The position numbers and the translations under genes are program-made. DNA of 62,346 nt, the filler included, from Collodictyon triciliatum (taxonomy: Eukaryota), in the NCBI GenBank assembly GCA_043381765.1. It is 2 parts of 2 records of this genome, joined end to end, with 100 filler letters (N's around TTAATTAATTAA, not from the genome) between each part and the next. Parts side by side here need not be neighbours in the genome. Positions count along the whole stretch, not along the records: positions 31,394 to 62,346 come from JBHJMP010000932.1; 1 more part is not named here. One strand, written 5' to 3'. This document shows positions 56,627-62,346 of this stretch, one piece after another. Positions within the stretch are counted from its first letter, which is position 1. Every line of letters begins with the position of its first letter. The notes under the pieces are model-generated. The model searched no databases. It saw only the letters and a program-made list of their open reading frames with translations, and had not been told where the DNA came from.

Positions 56627-59029
56627 TGATTTGTGTTGTGCATATTTGGTAGATATCACTCACTTGACAAAGACGAAAATCACAAATTCCAACGTTACCA
56701 GGCCCACTATCATGGCGACTGAAGAGTCGAATACCTGCACCGACAACCTGAGAAAAGAGAGGATAACAAAAGGAAATTTCGATAGTAAACCTGCTAACTG
56801 GCGTATGGGATATAAAATGTTCTTTCTGTTATTTTCTCAAGAATGATTAATCTGGGTATGTTCTTTTCACCTACCTTTAGAGACCCTCTAACGTCTGCCT
56901 TGAGCAGCTTCCTAATGTAAATATTGAAAAGAATCCGAATCAGGTATTTGTTTGGTGTGTACAAACTATGCTTTGACATGTGCGGTGCTAAACGATAGAC
57001 CCCTCACTTAATACCCTCTGAGACCAAATACAGTCTATTGACTTGAGCAGAGCGCGTATAGAGTCGATCTCTTGGAAACTCTGGCTGCAAGTCGTAGAAG
57101 CGGCTAATGGATTGATTTCGATTATTATGTTGATATTTTTGTGGCTACAGGTGGTGAAGAACACCATGTAAATGTTCTTTTTCTTCATTCCCTTACACGA
57201 TTTCATTCATTATAGGGCATTCGCTCTTAAGAAGGTAGTAGGGCTCTTCGGAAAAGGGTCTTTTTTCTGATGATTTATCCCAGAAAATGTCCATGCATTT
57301 TATTTAAATTAAGTTTAGATCAAAATTTTCGTCTAAAACATAAAATGGACAAATAAAACCAACAAACAATACCGGGCTGATAAATATATGCTTTATTGAT
57401 TACTGAGTTTTATGAATATAAACACATATTTTGAATAAATATTTTTATTTTAAAGGAAAAGACACAGATTAATTTATGATTACTTTCTTTCTTTCCGGAT
57501 TCATTCACGCCATCTACAATGTCCTGAACTTCCTGAATAACTGGGTCGCTTTCTTGCGGGAGTTCTGGTTCGGGCGCTGGTTCTACAATTTATTTATCTT
57601 TCTTTTATTTTCTAAAACGAAATTTCATGAATTTTAACTTGAATATTCGCTTCATTTGGAAATACGTTTTGAACCTTCGTCGGCATTAGCCTTCTGTCCT
57701 CCTGTAAAGTACTCAACTTTCGCGATTTGATCCTGTCATAAGAATAGAGGAAAACAACATAAGTACTGAAATCTAAATTTAGGTTTAACTTGGTTTAAAC
57801 CGAATTGCTTTATGGGTTACCTTTCAATAGGGACTGATAGAAAAAAAACATAGAATATTTGTCAACATGTAATGCTATAATAATAGACACTCCTACCTTA
57901 GACAACGGAATCTCAGATACCTTTCTCAAAACGGCAACAAAAAAGCCTCCTGTATCTTGGTCATGAGGTAGAATTCTAATACTAGAGAGGCCATATGTAA
58001 GTGCACAAAGTATAATATTTTTTCCCTTTATTCGATTCAAAGTGTAGCGAGGTTATGCCATACAAAGGGGCGGGATGGGATGCACAAAGTATAATATATT
58101 ATCGCTCCTGCTATGCGAGCATACATTCTGATTTGAGATAATAAAATATAAAAAAAAATCTAGTTGAAATATGTATGTCGCAACCATCTTTCTAGATGAA
58201 GTTGTTTGGCCTCCTCTTCAGTTGGTGGGAACATGGAAGGAGAAAGATTGGCAGTCTTGTCTGCTGGGACATCCGTCCAACTGTCATACCAGTCTCCATG
58301 ACGAGATATCACCTGTGTCGCATTTAACAAGGATAGATTCCGAAGAAATCAGTCGTTAATTATTCTTGTCCTTAAAAAAAAAAGAAGCTTCCATTCAGAA
58401 AAAATGCATAAGAATTGATCATAAAAAGTTTTTGCATAGAGACAAATAAATCAAATTACACGCCATGTAGAGATTCCGTTTCTTCTTTTCAACTCGGGCA
58501 AGTGCGAAGAAACATCGATAAGCTCTATGGAGCCTTGTGAACGGCGAATAAGCTCACTGACAACCGCTTCATTTTCAATAGGATTGAAAGAGCATGTGGA
58601 GTAAACAATCACGCCGCCAATTGTCAGCAGGCGTGTTCCTCGCATGGCTATCTGGAGCTGAAGTCTATTCACAAGGAGGGAAAATTGAACGGTATACTTG
58701 TCTATGTTCTCAAGTTAACAGAAAGAAAAAGGAACTGTGATTCGATATAATCTAAATATATTCCATTTGATAGTGAATGCGTTACTATGTTTTTTCAATA
58801 TTCATATTATTTTCTTCCTTTCAATTTTGTGCAGGATGGTGGAGTGTTTTTTTTTCCCCCCAATATTCATAGAAAATAACCGGCGAGAATATACCAAATA
58901 AACGAATAGTTAATTTTCTGTAGTAACAAGCTTCCATTAATAGTGCGTATTAAAAGGAATACCCATGCAGTGAATTTCCGAAGCCTGATTTCCATCTGGG
59001 CCAGAGGTCGGGGCATTTTCTTAGGGACA

Positions 59030-59096
<67 letters not shown>

Positions 59097-59381
59097 GAGT
59101 GAATGATAATGACAACACTTTGGATGCTTAGAACAAGAGTCTTTCTACATACTAGGTCACAAAATTAAACAATGCTTAATTCGAACCTGAGTGTTCCGTC
59201 AGAGCTGCAAGGTACGTCGCATAAAATACGATCATATTTTACAGGTATTTTTCTCCCTCGCTCGTCTCTTTTGAGAACAGCCCCAGTGGCACTGAGTAAA
59301 TGATATCTTATTTGAGTTTGTCAGCAAAAAGAAAAGAAAAGAAAAGAAAAGAAAAGAAAAGAAAAGAAAAGAAAAGAAAAG

Positions 59382-59412
<31 letters not shown>

Positions 59413-61399
59413 CAAAAGAAATCAAAAGAAAAAGAGAAAGGAAAAGGAAAAGGAAAAGGAAAAGGAAAAGGAAAAGGAAAAGAAAAAGAAAAAGAAAAAG
59501 GAAAATTGCATAATCAAGTTATCAAGAAGGTTTTGTTATCTTGCCCTTGTCAATTAGGTTAAATACTATGTTTTTGGACTTTGGAATTATGTAATGTTAG
59601 ATATGAAAACGGTGAACATATAGCCTTACTCGAAGTTCTCTGGGTTCAATTTTGCAGCATCTGCGTTTGGTAGAGCTTGCTGTTCAGTGTCAATTTCGTA
59701 CACATTTGGGAAATGTTGGGCATCATTGTTTGTTACAATCAAATTGGTCGATGAAAATCGATTGACTTGATGAACAAGAGTGAAACAACGGTCAAGATTG
59801 GCATCATTTGCGATGACTGCTCCGGCTGCATTTCATATTAATTTGGGAAGGATGGTGTTTTTGTTTTTTAAAAAAGGATTATTATTATAATCATAATAAG
59901 AGAGACGTTCCTTAGTATAAAACAAGAGCAAAAATATATGACATAGTTGGCACATTGTTAATCAAATATAATCATAACATACTAGGGACTGAACCACGGG
60001 CACTCAAATGCATCTTTTCCATAAGCTGGCTTGTTTTTGAACCAGGAGCAGCGCACATATCAAGAACCTTGCGGATATAATAGTTTTTAAGCGAAGAGAA
60101 TCCGAAAAAGGTCTTGCAAATATAGGGTAGGGATTGAATAGAATATACTCTGAGAAGGCGATTATATTAAAAAAAGTTTCAATTTTTTTAGATATGATAT
60201 AAACATAATCTGAAGAGATATTCGGTGATATATGATATATGATATAAAAAATGGTTGCCTGTTGGCAGGTTTAGCCGATTTTGATAAAATAAAATAAAAT
60301 AAAACCATGTGATGCGGCTCGATATCCAGGAACATAGGCGGAAGCATACTAACAGCTTCTTGTCTATTTGCATTTCCCTAAAAGACAAATAAAATGACTC
60401 GATGTAAATGTCTAACCTGTGTTTAAATGACCACAAATTAATGTGATAAAATCCGCACACAGGCTAGCTCTATATCTCAAAAAAAAAGAAGAAAAAGACG
60501 TTCGGATTATAATAAATACCTGATCTACTTCATTAATTAGGTAAGCACGAAATTCCTTGTTTTTCGGGTCTTTTCTAAGTTCTTTCTTGGCAATCGGCAT
60601 CTGCCAGCCGAAGTTGTTTGGATACCTGATATAGATGGATAGAGTTAGTTAAATGCAAAATTCTAAGGTTTTCTTTAATGGCGCAGTCAAATAGCAATAT
60701 CTTATGTGTTGCTGCGTAAGAGTGTTGACATGTTACACAGTTGCGCATCACTTCTTTTCGAGAAAATAGTGAGAATAAAAGGAACGATTCTGGTTACCAA
60801 GCGATACGTGAGAATTTGACTTCCGAATCTGCCGCCTCTGCAGACTCAACAAAGCGCTGTATAAATGCATCGCGACGCTTTTCGGCACCCGGTGTGTGAG
60901 CCGAAAAGCGGAAGGATTGTGGGAGCGGCCNNNNNNNNNNNNNNNNNNNNNNNNNNNNNNNNNNNNNNNNNNNNNNNNNNNNNNNNNNNNNNNNNNNNNN
61001 NNNNNNNNNNNNNNNNNNNNNNNNNNNNNNNNNNNNNNNNNNNNNNNNNNNNNNNNNNNNNNNNNNNNNNNNNNNNNNNNNNNNNNNNNNNNNNNNNNNN
61101 NNNNNNNNNNNNNNNNNNNNNNNNNNNNNNNNNNNNNNNNNNNNNNNNNNNNNNNNNNNNNNNNNNNNNNNNNNNNNNNNNNNNNNNNNNNNNNNNNNNN
61201 NNNNNNNNNNNNNNNNNNNNNNNNNNNNNNNNNNNNNNNNNNNNNNNNNNNNNNNNNNNNNNNNNNNNNNNNNNNNNNNNNNNNNNNNNNNNNNNNNNNN
61301 NNNNAGCGGGGCGGAAGGATCTGTGACCTGCTGCGGGGCATCTGTCCTCCAAGTGTTTGAGTTACCGGCTTTTTTCTTTTTGAAGCGAGGTCGACCCAT
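55237..61399 (-). CDS. NSUN2: tRNA cytosine-5 methyltransferase NSUN2/Trm4 (multi-exon, N gap at 60931-61305)
   Basis: [72 protein letters not shown] and RILPHDQDTGGFFVAVL, with an acidic tail ending QEDAPAS*. Start MGRPRFKKKK at 61399. Confidence 0.96.
58002..58097 (-). mobile_element. 62-bp A-tailed insertion (GAATCGAATAAAGG family) with a 17-bp TSD in an NSUN2 intron
   Basis: TGCACAAAGTATAATAT at 58002-58018 and 58081-58097. The insert on the minus strand ends ...CACTTTGAATCGAATAAAGGGAAAAA. Confidence 0.65.
59033..59095. repeat. (TAT)n microsatellite
   Basis: Directly visible. Confidence 0.9.
59327..59505. repeat. (GAAAA)n/(GGAAAA)n purine microsatellite
   Basis: Directly visible. Confidence 0.9.
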
Positions 61400-62283
61400 G
61401 GTTCCGGACGCAGGACTTTCTTGATAAGCGAGACAAGTAGGAAGGCGAGAGTTCTTTGAGAATAAAGTAGAAGAAGTGTCCAACAAACGGAGGGCAGCAG
61501 AGCAAGAAGAATGAGTCGGGTTGTTTCGCACAGACTCGTGTTTGCTTCGTCTCGATCGACCGATTGGCGAGAGATATGCGGGCTGGGAAAGCGATCTTGC
61601 GTGTGTTGGTTGCGGTTTGTGGTCGGATTACTGATTAAATCTGGAATATATATATATTTACGATAAAAGTGACAAATATAAGAATCAAGGCCATTATCAT
61701 GAAGAAATTAATTATTTAATGCTGAATGTAATGTAAAACTATCATGTCAAAGTATCTGAAAGCCACGTCATTGTTTTATCCCCAGGCCATTAGCTTCAGG
61801 ATCTGGAAAAATGATACGGATCACAATAAAAATAAATGCAAACATCACACTTAGAGACAGACGTGAAAGAACAGTATAAAAAAACACAATTGATGAGAAA
61901 AGTCTGTTTTGCTGAGAAACAAACGCACTGAGAGAGAAAATAGACACATTATCTGAAACGTAATATTATTACTTGAGGGCTCTTTCCTTCTCCCAACCCA
62001 CCACATTCTGAAGTCGGAACAAAAAAAAAAAAAACGCGCAAGGGATCGGAAAGAGGGATCCTTGAGAAGGACGAGACCAGCGCCACAGCCCTGCGCCAAT
62101 GAATGCCTACTGCGGTACGCAAACTGAAGAGGCCGATGCAGCAAACGCAGAGAGCGAAAAGGTCACTTGATTTCATCCCCTTACAACACAGGTTGTGCAG
62201 ACACACCGATGATCAAGACGCCAGCTGCCACCGACCCCCGAGTATAACAACTTATGAATAAGACGGAGCGAGCTCTTTAAGCA

Positions 62284-62346
<63 letters not shown>
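62284..62346. repeat. (AAT)n microsatellite to the window end
   Basis: Directly visible. Confidence 0.9.

Noticed and set aside
62190-62260. Possible terminal exon of a minus-strand gene at the window end
   Set aside because: It is too short and has no recognisable homology.

Overview
Intron-rich nuclear scaffold from a eukaryotic microbe using the standard genetic code (genes end in TAA, TAG and TGA). It has AT-rich, microsatellite-laden introns and several assembly gaps. In order: VPS35 (+); tRNA-Lys(CTT); an ABCG half-transporter with a Cys-rich ectodomain and a SAM-like insert (+); a receptor-like gene with four tandem Cu/Zn-SOD-fold domains, then TM, TKL kinase, degenerate class III cyclase and a second TKL kinase, with a one-base frame break before the TM (+); a decayed Fanzor1 (eukaryotic TnpB-like RuvC nuclease) with a structured 3' omegaRNA-like region; a Spinster-type MFS transporter (+); HYLS1 (-); a large LRR protein (-); cytochrome c1 (-); an ARM-repeat protein (-); CLEC16A/TT9 (+); NSUN2/Trm4 (-). 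The most notable items are the SOD-ectodomain dual-kinase receptor, the Fanzor remnant, and a family of tiny poly(A)-tailed intronic insertions with 17-18 bp target-site duplications. Exon structures were read by eye, family assignments rest on recalled motifs, and no database search was run.
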